A DNA stretch of 61,330 nt, counting the filler, from Platydemus manokwari (Eukaryota), in the NCBI GenBank assembly GCA_037951405.1. It is 6 parts of 6 records of this genome, joined end to end, with 100 filler letters (N's around TTAATTAATTAA, not from the genome) between each part and the next. Parts side by side here need not be neighbours in the genome. Positions count along the whole stretch, not along the records: positions 41,191 to 50,003 come from JBBMOY011345427.1; positions 50,104 to 61,330 come from JBBMOY010829980.1; 4 more parts are not named here. One strand, given 5' to 3'. Made by a program: the position numbers and the translations under genes. Numbering within the stretch: the stretch's first letter is position 1; each line of letters begins with the position of its first letter. Below are positions 49,301-61,330 of the stretch, one piece after another. The notes below the pieces were generated by a model. It was not told the origin of the DNA. It searched no databases and saw only the letters and a list, made by a program, of their open reading frames with translations.

Positions 49301-50003
49301 ATATATAAACTTTGCGATGCGTTGTAGGGTTTGGATTTATTTTCGATGTTAACCGACTTCAGCTTTCAAACAAAAAAAATTATTAATCCTTAATAAATCA
49401 ATACAAATATCGATAAAAATTTCAAAAATATTAACAAATCACTTGGCAACACAAGAACAACACGAAATCAAGATTTCGATAGCAAAGTGACATCAGATTC
49501 AACAATATCAAAACGAAGATAAAATTTCCATTCAAATTTAATTGTTGTTATCAATTTATAATTTTAGGAAACAATTTCATTAATAGAGACGACAAAAATC
49601 AAATGACATACAGCGATAATATACCCAACATAATCTGTAAAGTTGTATTGGAGAAATATTTTTCCAAGCACAAACAGATAATAGCCCCAAAATTCCTGTT
49701 CAATGCCACAATGAGATAGCGAGCGAGAGAGAGAGAGAGAAATTTGAAATCATGAATAAGATGATCTGGAAAAAAGATTTTTCTTTCAATGCAAACTAAT
49801 CACCTGAAAAAATAATAATTCCCAAACATTTCGTTGGAATCAAGTATGAATGATGCTTTAATTACGGGAAGTTGGAAATTTTCTATGTTGGGAAATTCAT
49901 TGGTTTTATATATACGGTTTTCACGGTGTTGATTTTTGAGGATGATTTACTTATAGATAAAAAAAATACATCAATGAGTTCCGAAAGAAATCAAGAATAT
50001 ATA

Positions 50004-50103
50004 NNNNNNNNNNNNNNNNNNNNNNNNNNNNNNNNNNNNNNNNNNNNTTAATTAATTAANNNNNNNNNNNNNNNNNNNNNNNNNNNNNNNNNNNNNNNNN
50101 NNN
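50004..50103. other. Artificial contig spacer N44-TTAATTAATTAA-N44
   Basis: Identical 100-nt spacer. Confidence 0.97.
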
Positions 50104-50519
50104 TTCATTAAATAAATATTTTAAAAAATGTTTTTGTTTTTTTAAAAAAAAGCCGGAATCATACTAATACACCTAATATTATTATTAATATTGTTATTAA
50201 TATCATTATTAATGTTTGCAAAATTATTTCCATTTTCAATATCCATTTTCTTTTATATTTTCTTAATATAATTTCATACCATGACTTTGCAGTTCGTTTT
50301 CAATATGTGCTTTATGAAATAGTAACGACTTGAAGTCATTTAATTTATTCTTGTATTTTGATTTGTTTTATATAAAGTAGAAAGCAGAAAACAAATTTAC
50401 ATGCGACTTCGAAATTTATGCAAGAACTTTTCACTTAAAAATAACTATTATCAAAAAATTTGACAACTTCGAAGAATAGGTTTCGAAAAAGTTTAACATA
50501 AAACAGAACCGATCTTCGA

Positions 50520-50850
50520 TTTCAAAAATACCGAAGAAGAATAAACATACAATAAAAAATTGATGTACAACAGACAAAAACAAAGTAGGACATGCTGATC
50601 CAAACAGAATGGTAATCACAAAAGTATTACAAAAACATATCAGATATCTGTGCTGTGCCAGTGTAAGATGTGGGTCAGTGGGTTGTGGTTATGTATCCAA
50701 CTTGGTTATTTCAAACATTGTTCGATGGAATCCAAGATATTGTTCTGTCTCGCAATCAGTAAGTAATTTTTTCGGTACCCATACCGGGTAAGCAATTTCT
50801 CCCACAAAAAATTTTGCAACCGTTCTAGCTTGAGGTTGATTAAATAATTT
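50520..50850 (-). mobile_element. Decayed Ty3/Gypsy integrase core fragment
   Basis: ORF 50689-50892 contains QARTVAKFFVGEIAYPVWVPKKLLTDCETE...ITKLDT, resembling rve AxTVAxxFVxEIxxRxGxPxxLLTDxGxxF...IxKxxT. It is stopped and frameshifted downstream. Confidence 0.7.
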
Positions 50851-53502
50851 AAATTTTGAGTGATAAAACTTTTTTATAATTTTTATGTACATATTTTATT
50901 GAAAAATTTAATTTAGTTTCTATTTTATGTATAAGTTTTTGTACTTATTATTTATAATTATTTAGTTACTGAGATGGCTAGGATGGTTCCTCACACAATA
51001 TGTGCAGGCGACAATTGTGCCTACACCCTTAAATAGGCAACGATGAGTCTATCATGAAATCATCATAATTTAATGTCATTCGTTTATCACCACGGAGAGA
51101 AAAATTTTGCGATTACATTCATTACACAGATAAATTCTCTCTGGTTAAATTTAATTGACAAAATATTTGATTCACTGCAAATATTTATTGTATTCGATAA
51201 TAGGTGATAATCTATTTGTCAGTGTTATTGAGCGATAATATATTCCGGGGTGTTATTGTATGAACCGATGTAATATTTAGGTAATAAAATGAACAAATTT
51301 TATTGATATTATTATTTTAAATATTTATGGATAATATTATTGTAAATATCCAATATATTATTTTGTAAATATCATTTCAAATTGATTTCATTAAATCATT
51401 CTAAGAATTGTTAATTCATACAAAATAAACACTGGTTAAATAAAAAGTAATATACATGCATAAAAATACAATTGTCATAAAATTGGTATAAAACGTCGTA
51501 CAAATTTCAGATTGATTTTGAATAGAATAGTTTATGTTAATATCATATATAAACATGTTCGATTGGCATTGTGATCTTGTAATCGTCGTGGATTAATGTC
51601 ATTGGAGTAGAATACATCCAGTTAAATTTCATAATTTTAAATTTTTAATAAAGTCATTTATTTCTAAAGACATTCCATTCACTGTATTTAAACAAATACA
51701 AAACTTTATTTTTAATCTACAATTTCATTTTCAAAATTTCTGTTAGCCGCTAATACAATTTTTAAAAACACAAACTAAAATCAAACCAAAGAAGTCAAGA
51801 CACAATCAATTCTATTTTAAATCCAAATATTTAAACAAATATTTTCAATGTTACATTAACTTAATTTTTTATAAAATTAAATTAAATCCGAATAAAATTT
51901 GAATAAATGTAAATTAAAATTGTTTCGAATTAAATTGAAATTTAATTCATATTAAATATCTCACAATTTCTTTCATCAATTTCTTTTTTACTACTTATAA
52001 TATAATCATTTATATTCTATTTATTTAAAATATAAATGAAGTACATCTTTCTACATATTATAAATGCAATTTTTTCTGAGAAAATCCCACACGGAATTTA
52101 TCAAGTTCTGATTAATATTCATGCTGAGAAGTATTTGAAATTAAACCAACCACCAAATAAGTGGAAGACTCATCTTTAGTTAATAAAATGATTGCTGGTT
52201 TCATTACAGTTAATATTGGTTTGTATTATGATTAACGTTAGGAATTTTGTTCGTTAGCTAAAAAATAACTATCTGTTTGAGTCTATATTATCAACTCAAA
52301 CAGTCGTTTGTTCACAGATTGATTAAATCTAACATTAACTGACAAATATATAAATGATAATATTTTTTCGAAAATATAAATAGTTTTCAATAGGGAATTT
52401 ACAATATCTACAGCCAATAACTCAATCTATTCAGTAATAAAGAAATAAAAATAGAAGAATAATGATGTAAGGTAATAATTTTGATGATTACTTCTATGGA
52501 AGCACTATCTCAAGAAAATAAACAGAAGTTATAAAATAAGTTTTTGAAGTTTCACCCAAAACTGGAGAGCTGTTATCGGAAATAATCTAGGTGCGTAGTA
52601 ACCCCATCATTTTTCTGTGATAATTTATATTGGGAAATTGCAATAGCAACTCCACAATGAATATTTTTAGAGTTTTTCATAGAAAAATTTAGATAAGAAC
52701 GGTATCAGAAGGGAACCGAGAGTATTTTGGCCGAGTTCCCCATCCTGTCAGTAAAGTAAATGGTAAAAACATTTAACGGAAGCTCGTTATGGAAAAATCA
52801 AACACCATTCCTGAAAATTGTCACGAATAACACTCAAAAATAGTACAATTCCCATAACAATATATTCGAACTCGAAAAATTTCGCTATTGGATCACACAT
52901 CGAATTAAACCAGTATTATCCATACATGGATTTCTAAATGAAAAAACAAATTACATCAGAAAACCTTTACATCCACATATTGCAATATTGAAATTCCATT
53001 TTGGTGGTGATTCACAGAGAATATAAAATATAAATTCAACCTGTCGGACAGGTTGTGAAAAAGATTGATAAGAGTTTTTTGCGAAATTAAGGAATGTCAG
53101 TTGTCAGCAGCAGTACGAGAGAGGAACCCGATATCAAATTAAATACCATAAATACAACAAAAATTCCCATCCGATTTCAAGCTATTTTCCACATAGATTT
53201 GCACAAAAGATAAATCTGCCGGTCGATGAAAATGTAATCGAGAAAAACTAATATAAAATTATTATATTTTACAGATAAATTTGCTACCTATAGTTAAAGT
53301 TGTTACAAATTCGAGACTCGAAGGAAAATAAATTATCTCCATTACACGTGTAAATAATAGAAAACTGCCGCATTTTCACTGGAAAACAGATCATAAAATT
53401 TTGAAAAATGCCCGCTTTATAAAACAACAAAATCAACCACAAATGCAATGTTTAAAACAACAGAAAAAATTAATTAAAATATCATCACATTTAAAATCAC
53501 TT

Positions 53503-55714
53503 TTATTGCTCATTGTCCGGCTTAGTGATGAGTTCTTTTGCATTTTGAGCATCTTTTTCCATTTCTTCAAATTTCCTTGAAGATTTTTCTTCATTGCTAT
53601 TCGAAAGATCTGCATCCCGTATGGGTACGGGACCGAAATCTTTCAGATGAACTTGATGAATCAAACTATTAATCACTGGTTGAGCGATAGGAGGTCGTTT
53701 TAATTCGGATCTGCGGAAAATTATTATTTCCTGCAATTGTAGAAATAATTAGGACAAGAAAAAAATAACACTTTCACAATATACTCAAATTATATTAATG
53801 TTTTGTGAAGTTTTGGAGATTTTGAAACAATGGGTTATTAGAAAAATGACGAATTTTTTCTTATATGATTTAAAAATCTTCCCGAAGAGAAAATTATAAA
53901 ATATAAATTGTTGGAATAGAATATAGCTTGAATTTGATGAAAGATTCGACTGCTAAGAATCTACTACAGAAATGACAAGATTAATGGATAGAATACTGTG
54001 TCTCGATAGGATAAAAGACTCGATGATATTCAATTAATCACGGCTTATGATTCAGAAAGAATAATGAATTGGAAATAGTAATCTCAATTTTTATCAAATC
54101 TGATTTTATCAACCTTCTTCAAGCTTAACTGAATTCAAAAATATACTAAAATTAATATCACAATTTGCAGTTTATTTTGAAAGATCAGTCGGTGCCTATA
54201 ATCATATTCCTTTATCCGCAGGAAATCGTAAAAGATATATGTTCTATAGTCTCAAAGAACAAGAAGTGTAGAATTAATATAAAAATATAAAATCTCTTAA
54301 GAAATCGAACACAGTTCAGATGTCATTGTAATTAACTTTCTAGTTACGTCGTCCAAAAATAAATAAAATAATGAAAAATTATTAATAAACTTTACGTAAC
54401 TAAACATATATTTCTGTGAATATATTTCTCTATTTTTCAGGAATTCTTTTCTTGGGAAATAAGAAATCGAAGAATTATTAAACACATTTAAATGCACATT
54501 ATAAGAATCAATATATTAATTTTTAAGTCTAGCCAACCAGGACTCTATAAATATAAAATTGATTTTACTAGAACTGTATTAGTGACTTTAAATTTTCATC
54601 CAAAATTTCAAACAAAATAAGGTGTGACCGAATTTTCTTAATATAGTTTATAAATATAAACATAATAATTCCTACAAATAATATATTTCCTGATATAAAT
54701 ACGACATTATATTTAAGGTTATTTTGTTTTCAATTATGAAACTTTTTAAAATTTAAAGTGTTTCATTTTTCATTTTAGCTCCTAGATGAAATTATTATTC
54801 ACATCTTAAGTTTAGGATGGCGAAAGACTGGTTTTCCAAGAAGCATTGAATTAAATTATAGAATGAATGTATTTTATTTTAAAATATAACATGTTAGTAT
54901 AATAAAGTATATTATTAAGGACTAATATTAAAAATCAATATAAATTCGAACAAAAATATATCAGAAAATGTTGTAATCCATTTTGGTGTAATTCTATTGA
55001 TTAAAACAAAATCTTCAATTTTTCGACAAATCACAATAAAATATTGTCCTATATCGAATATAAATATCCAAACAATTACATGGGGGAAATTTATGGTGGT
55101 TGTCTAGAAAATTTGACATGAAATTATTATTAGTATTAAATCTATAGCATTCTTGAGAGAAATCCACCAAAACAGAAACACTGCACACCAAATCTGTGAC
55201 CTGACAATCTTAAAAATCAAGCCCAATATGTAATAATATTATTACATTTTTGTTATTAATTTTAGGATGTCCTAAAAATAGAAATGATTAAACGATCGCC
55301 ATGTTCCAATGATTAATAATTGATGTAATTGATGATTAATAGAACCAAGCCATCAAATATATCAAAATCAAAATAAAAGGTCATTTTACAAATGTAAATT
55401 CGTCGTTATATTGATTACAATTTATTATGAAATACATGATAAATATAAACAATCGATATTATTGGAATATTCCGGATTTTAGTCAGTCCACCATCAGATT
55501 ATTGGAAACCATATCTTATAAGAAAACAAGCTTTAATTCATTCAATTTATGATTTCTTAAGTGACTGCATTGATTTTAATAGATACCATAGCAACCGATA
55601 ATGATGGACATTTCCGCATCATGAAAATCCAATGATTATTTTAATCAATGAAATATCTAACTGATAAATCACAACGATTAAAGTTTCGAAACAAGGTAAT
55701 CATCGATAATATCA

Positions 55715-55749
<35 letters not shown>

Positions 55750-56241
55750 AATCTTAACAAATAATTAATCGATTATTTGTTTTAATATTATGAGGAACTT
55801 TATTAACTTCCATTATTATCAGTGGTATTAAAATCATGAAATAAGCAACCAATAAAACTAACCTGCTCTTTGAAATAGCGTCGCTCTTCTTCATCTACCA
55901 AAACCAAATTAAGGAAATAACGAACGGAGAATTTCTTATTAATATCTCTCATCGTTGGGGTCAAATCATGGCCTGTGAGAAAAAGACGGATGGGTATGCA
56001 TTCTCCGCGTACCGGGGCACCATCCATAATTTCGAATTTCGTCACAATATCATTTTCATGAAAGGCACTGCCACCTGGATTGGAAAATATTATTTATAAC
56101 CACAATCCATCGAAAAATCTCATCATTTTATTACCGTGTCCAGTGCTCTCTCGTTTAATAATTTGGATTTCCATGTATTTGACCTTTATTCTGACGAGAA
56201 GAAAATAAATCTTTCCAATAATCACGTCTTTCAAATGATAC
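53503..56241 (-). CDS. VPS26: Vacuolar protein sorting 26 (retromer cargo-recognition subunit), last three exons; upstream exons not found in the window
   Basis: Exons 56241-56135 (YHLKDVIIGKIYFLLVRIKVKYMEIQIIKRESTGH), 56074-55863 (GGSAFHENDIVTKFEIMDGAPVRGECIPIRLFL...KKFSVRYFLNLVLVDEEERRYFKEQ) and 53730-53503 (EIIIFRR...PDNEQ*). GT-AG introns of 60 and 2132 nt with matching phases. Near-invariant Vps26 motifs. Confidence 0.96.
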
Positions 56242-57103
56242 CTAAATGGAATTCATTTATTCAACCCAGTGAATTGTACGGTGTTTTCATTCAATAAAAA
56301 ATTATACTACTAACAAAACAGACTGTGGTGAGTATGAACAATAACAAAATACAATTCATATAAAGTTCTTTATTTTAATCTAACAAGCAACACGTATGTA
56401 CAAGCAAATGTGGTCAATACCAAGCCATTTTTTAAATAATATAAACCAGGGGTCAGAAACTCAAATACAGCAGCACGCCAGTGTGAATTATGAAATCATC
56501 TAATTTCAAAACGATTACATAAATATTGTAACTTTCGAAATAATGATTAAAACATGACGTAAAGGTTAGCTAGGTTACTTCTAGGTAATAGAGGAAACTT
56601 TTATATTTAATTGTTAAATGATTCTATATGTTGTTGTTAATTCTGTTTATAGTTCTGGTATCAACACTCTTTATAGTTTGAACTCGATAAATAAAAGATT
56701 ACATATCTGGAGAAATTTCTTTATTCATGGCATCATCACATATAACAGCAGCTTATTTACAAACAATCACAGCAGATATTTAATATAATTTTTGAAAACT
56801 AGGTTTTTCGCTTCACGTTCTGGTGTGTTTTGATAATTATTTTTGGTATTCTAAAATTCATATGTATACTAGGTTCTTGTTTTTGTGGTAGATCTATTCT
56901 GAATTGGAATTTTTTACAATTTTTACAAAATACACCTAGTGTTTCAGAATCTAAAAAATTCCAAAAAATAAAGAACCTACTCCATACATGTTTATAATAA
57001 TTTTTAACCATGAGAAAATGATAGATTGATGAGAAACTTAAAAGGGGTATGAATACACTGACTCAATTCGGAAACCACGTGAACAGTACTTTATCAATAA
57101 GCA

Positions 57104-57798
57104 CCGTATATGACGGCATATAAGACGCACTTCGATTTTAGAAAAGCAGATGCAGGAAAAAAGTTTTCAATGTATATATTGGTGAAAGTAGTTCAGCAGC
57201 ACATTACTTAAGCAGAAAACACTTGAATATAAACTAAAACACAGTAAGAAAACGGGGGAAAACACTTCAATCAATTTCATAACAAGAAAAATCGTCATCT
57301 TCGTCATTACTGCTGGAATCACATACTTCGAATAACTCATCATCTGCTGTGCCATCAAGGGCATTGGTAATGAGACATTTCTTAAAAGACTTCACAATGA
57401 TTTCAAGCTTTGACATCCTAAGATTTCCCTTTTCGCTCACATACTTGGTCTATGGTGGGTCAATTCATTCTTCAGTCATTCATTTGTCATAATGTTCATG
57501 CATGTTTTATTTATATGATTTACTGACAAATTGGCTTGCCAGATCACCAGAAATGAAAGTTAACTCGGTTTTCAATTCACCCAATAGAATTTCGTCCATG
57601 TTCCCTATTTGACATAGTTCAAAACTAGTTTGCTTTCGTGCACACAAACACACAATAACAGACATACAATGTATGAATCCTCACAGACACTATGAAGATT
57701 AGCCTAAGGAAAGTCTCAACTTCGCATATTAGACGCAGTGCGAATTTCTGAGCCAAGATTTTGGTAAATAAGTGCATCCTACATACCGTCAAATACAA
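57104..57798 (-). mobile_element. Internally deleted pogo-family DNA transposon, copy 2 (inside a VPS26 intron)
   Basis: TIRs ccgtatatgacggcatataagacgca and, reverse-complemented, ttgtatttgacggtatgtaggatgca (19/26 identical). Subterminal and 3' sequence is homologous to 16482-17167; shadow ORFs 57167-57364 and 16896-17090 are visibly similar. Confidence 0.85.
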
Positions 57799-58479
57799 AA
57801 TATAAGTGTAATCGAAATCAGACAATGTAATGATTTTTAAATTAAAAAAGATAACGAATTGAATAATTTTAATTTAATTTGTAAAACTCTCCATTTAATT
57901 GTAGTTATAAATCACATATGCGGCTATCAAAGTCGAACATAGAATTGCTTGATCGATCATAGAAATTTGATTATAAAAATACCAAAAGGGCAATGGAAAG
58001 TAGTTATTATGAAAACAATTTTCGAATCATGTGAAAGTTTATTGCAGTTGCACATATCAGGAACTTGTTTATGATTATAGCAGCGGTATGTCTCCTTGGT
58101 ATTTTTATCAATTAATCATGATACTGGACAGATTTATTATAAATGGATAAATATCATTTTAGAATTAACGTAGTATTATCACAGTAGTTCGTTGAATGAT
58201 TATATAAGCAGGTGGTGCAAGTATTATCAATTATCTTCGATCAATTTTCATTCCAATTCCAACAAGTTCAAAGACTTAATGCAAGAAATACAAACAACAT
58301 GCTTGTCTAAAATAAAAGTTCTGCACAAAATGATCAGACAATTGACAGAAAATCAAAATTTACCATCCAGAATCAATATTTTTCCAAGATAAAGTATATA
58401 AAATATTGAAAGCCATACAACTTGATAATGATTTTGAAAATTATCAAAAAATAAACCAATTGGAACAAGAAATTATATC

Positions 58480-58760
58480 TGATATTTTAAAGCTCATTTA
58501 AACAAAGACATATTGTTAGAATCAAACACATTCAACCAAGTCGTACCCCACTCATTGTACAGAAAATTCTAATTTTCTGCTTGCTTGTGAAAAAAAAACA
58601 TGCACAGAGTTGAAAAATCAATGAATTAAAACCATATTTTCCTGATTTTATTTTGATTGTCAGTCTTAAACCAATGAAAAATGGCATAAATAATTTATCA
58701 TATGCAAATCCAGACAATCCATTTATCATTAGTGATTCTGACACAATATTCTAATAAAAT
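58480..58760 (+). mobile_element. Possible highly deleted Gypsy pol remnant
   Basis: LNKDILLESNT / PLIVQK (~LxxGIIxxSxS...PxxxVxK) and LSYANPDNPFIISDSD (~LxxPDxxxPFIxxTDAS). Confidence 0.35.
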
Positions 58761-61182
58761 ATTATTGAGGAAAACAAACTCCAATTGTAAAATATACTCT
58801 TAGTTGATCATGATCTGCACGTAAAATATTATTAGATATTCTATAAGAACAAGTTCCCAAAGTATTTATTATCTGATAAAAAAAATTGATCAATAAAATT
58901 ACTCTATTTATAAACAATCTTTTATTTAGTTATAAAAATCATCAGCGAAATTATTCAAGCAAAGGTCTATTTTGCCGCAACAACAGCACATACTAAATGA
59001 CATTATTTTGTATTACAAAGTCACTTACACGAAACGAAATAAATTTGCTTACAATGCTTACCATTATCATAATAACAAGTTTTCCATATTACATTTCTGA
59101 TATATCATATGTTGAACGATATGATAAAATATATCCTTTACATAATTTCCTGATATATATCATGTAATCAATCAACAAATAATAAGTACTTCGAAATAAA
59201 AAATAAAAAATGAATCTTAAATGATAATTGTAAGGGTTGTAATGGTAATACCAACAGATACACATCGATAGATCTGTTTCACAATCCTTTCTTTTATTCG
59301 GACTATAATAACATCTGATATCTATCGTTAAATAATTTGCTCATTAGAGGAATAGAATCCATCATTTATCACACAGTAATCTGATAATAAGTTTTTCACA
59401 GGTACCTACCCGCATATAAGTTATTTGCTATCCTTTGACATTGGAGTAGTTGAAAAATAATTGATACTAAAGTAACGTTCCAAACTATTGGTTTAAGTTA
59501 AATATTTCTTGCTAAATTGTTTGAATAGTCGAATCTAGCCTATAGCCCTTGAATAATACGGTACCCTAATCTCCACCAGAACCGTATATATGTCAATAAA
59601 TAGACTATACAATGATCACGTGATCTAAATGTGATCAAGTCTAGAAGAATTTTAGAAACAGAGATTTTAATAATGAAATATAAGCTGGATAACAAGAAAA
59701 AATGTTTTACAAGCTCTCAATAATTTTACACAAATAGAAACCTATAGAAATGATAAGTGATACATGATAATTATACAAAACACCACATATAAGTCGAGTT
59801 ACCAAATAACCATATAATCTTATAATTCCATAATAATATTCCCTCAATGTTTTGAATTGGTTGTAGAAATTAAAAATGCAAAACGATCTAATCCCATTTC
59901 GTAAAAAATCGAAAGTATTTTACCGAAATGAGACTTTAAATCAATAAATTCAACAGAAATTATATTTTACTTCATATCTATTTATGTTCGAATTAATGTC
60001 AAATTCATTCGTTCAAACCCAGACAACAATTTGGTCGCATAATAAAATATGTTTATCAATACTTTAATTATCAATATCTTAATTGTGATGATAAACACTT
60101 GGATGTTCATTGACGATACAATAATATTTATCTTTCAAAGTTTAAATCAACAAAAATCTATTTATATAATAACGGTATTCGGTGATAGAAAGATAAAGTG
60201 AAGTGTAACAAAATATCGTCAATTAATCCGGAATAATGAATAATTAACAGTAAGAGAGAGATTAATATTTTGTTCAATTAAGTCGATCAAATCAAACGAA
60301 TTATATCGATTTTGATGAAAATTGTTCCCTTGAAAGGAAATTCATAGGAATTATTAAGAATTGTTGATATTTTTACAGATTATATCAAGTTATTATTGAT
60401 TAAAGTTCAGTTATCCTAATTAATTTTTCATCAATTATAATAATCCTTTAAGTTTTGATTAAGATTCTTAAGCACCATTGTCTTATGCACAATCAATTGT
60501 AAAACGTTTCAGGAGGCAGTTCATCAAATTTGTAAAACATTTGTTTATCTATTTGTATGATATCTGGAATGTGCGCTTTTATTGTATCAAAATGTTATCA
60601 GTTCAGTAGTAAATGATAAAGTTGAATAAAATGGACAGAAATTCGAATCGACCAATGACAAAATCGCATGATGATGAATTCGAGATACTATTCGATGCTA
60701 ATGAGAAGAAAGAACTTTGAAACCGAAATATCAGTGGGGCATTATCATGATTCAATAATCAAAAGCCAATCCATCAGATGATTAATCAATAAATGATTTA
60801 AAAATTTGTTATGCACATTTCAAACCGTAGTTGAATGTATTAACTCGAATATATATATTCCTATTTAATTATCGATTGGTTTACAATTTTAATTGTTACT
60901 TACACATTAATTAATCAGCTAATGAGAACCTTTGATTTTAGGAATGTTTAGGCTTCAAATGAATAAGAGTCAGAAGAAGAACTGAGTTGGGCAACATTTT
61001 ATCAACAAAATTGACAAATCAAAAACATATCAATGACCTTGATCAATATGGTTAGTTTAGATCTCATATCCCATATCTCACCCAGTGCCAATTTTTATCT
61101 CATTCTATCACAAAATGTTTGTAAAAACATCCGTTGTTATGAGAAATATCAGATTCGTTAATAAGGCTTTGTTGGATTGGGT

Positions 61183-61291
61183 TTATTATTATTGATAATT
61201 ATTATTATTATCATTATTGTTATTATAACTATTATTATTATAATTATTATTGCTATTATTATTATTATTATTATTATCATTATTATTATCA
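61183..61291. repeat. Imperfect (ATT)n microsatellite
   Basis: Direct reading; shorter (ATT)n/(AAT)n tracts also occur near 5300, 40090 and 55720. Confidence 0.9.
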
Positions 61292-61330
61292 ATAAAAGTA
61301 TTTTACTGTTCATTGTTATTTGTTTATATT

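Noticed and set aside
1-61330. tRNA, rRNA, snRNA or spliced-leader RNA genes, CRISPR-like arrays, telomeric arrays, alternative genetic code
   Set aside because: None recognisable by eye. PRPF6 and VPS26 read cleanly in the standard code with TAA stops. A tRNAscan-SE or Infernal scan would be needed to exclude small RNAs formally.

Overview
Very AT-rich eukaryotic, most likely animal, genomic DNA. Six assembly contigs are joined by identical artificial 100-nt spacers (N44-TTAATTAATTAA-N44), so neighbourhood across spacers means nothing biologically. Three host genes are recognisable. (1) An internal part of a C1-DH Rho guanine exchange factor resembling RhoGEF2/ARHGEF11-12 (+, 512-8457), reconstructed across 50-58-nt introns and a 16-nt microexon. 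(2) PRPF6 (-, 22425-25217), an uninterrupted 930-codon ORF with a probable small upstream exon. (3) The last three exons of VPS26 (-, 53503-56241). The rest is mostly decayed transposons (non-LTR RT, Ty3/Gypsy RT and integrase, pogo-family deletion derivatives, a MULE fragment, solo-LTR-like pairs), an unclassified ~1-kb repeat, microsatellites and a few orphan exon-like segments. I found no clear-cut new biological system. The best leads are: a DH domain lacking the conserved CR1 Thr-Glu (possible pseudo-GEF); three tandem splice acceptors at the PRPF6 start that could switch an upstream ORF between an N-terminal extension and an AUGA stop/start overlap; and the unclassified ORF-bearing repeat. 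Composition and intron sizes would fit a triclad flatworm, but that is inference only. All homology calls are from motif recognition by eye, not database searches.
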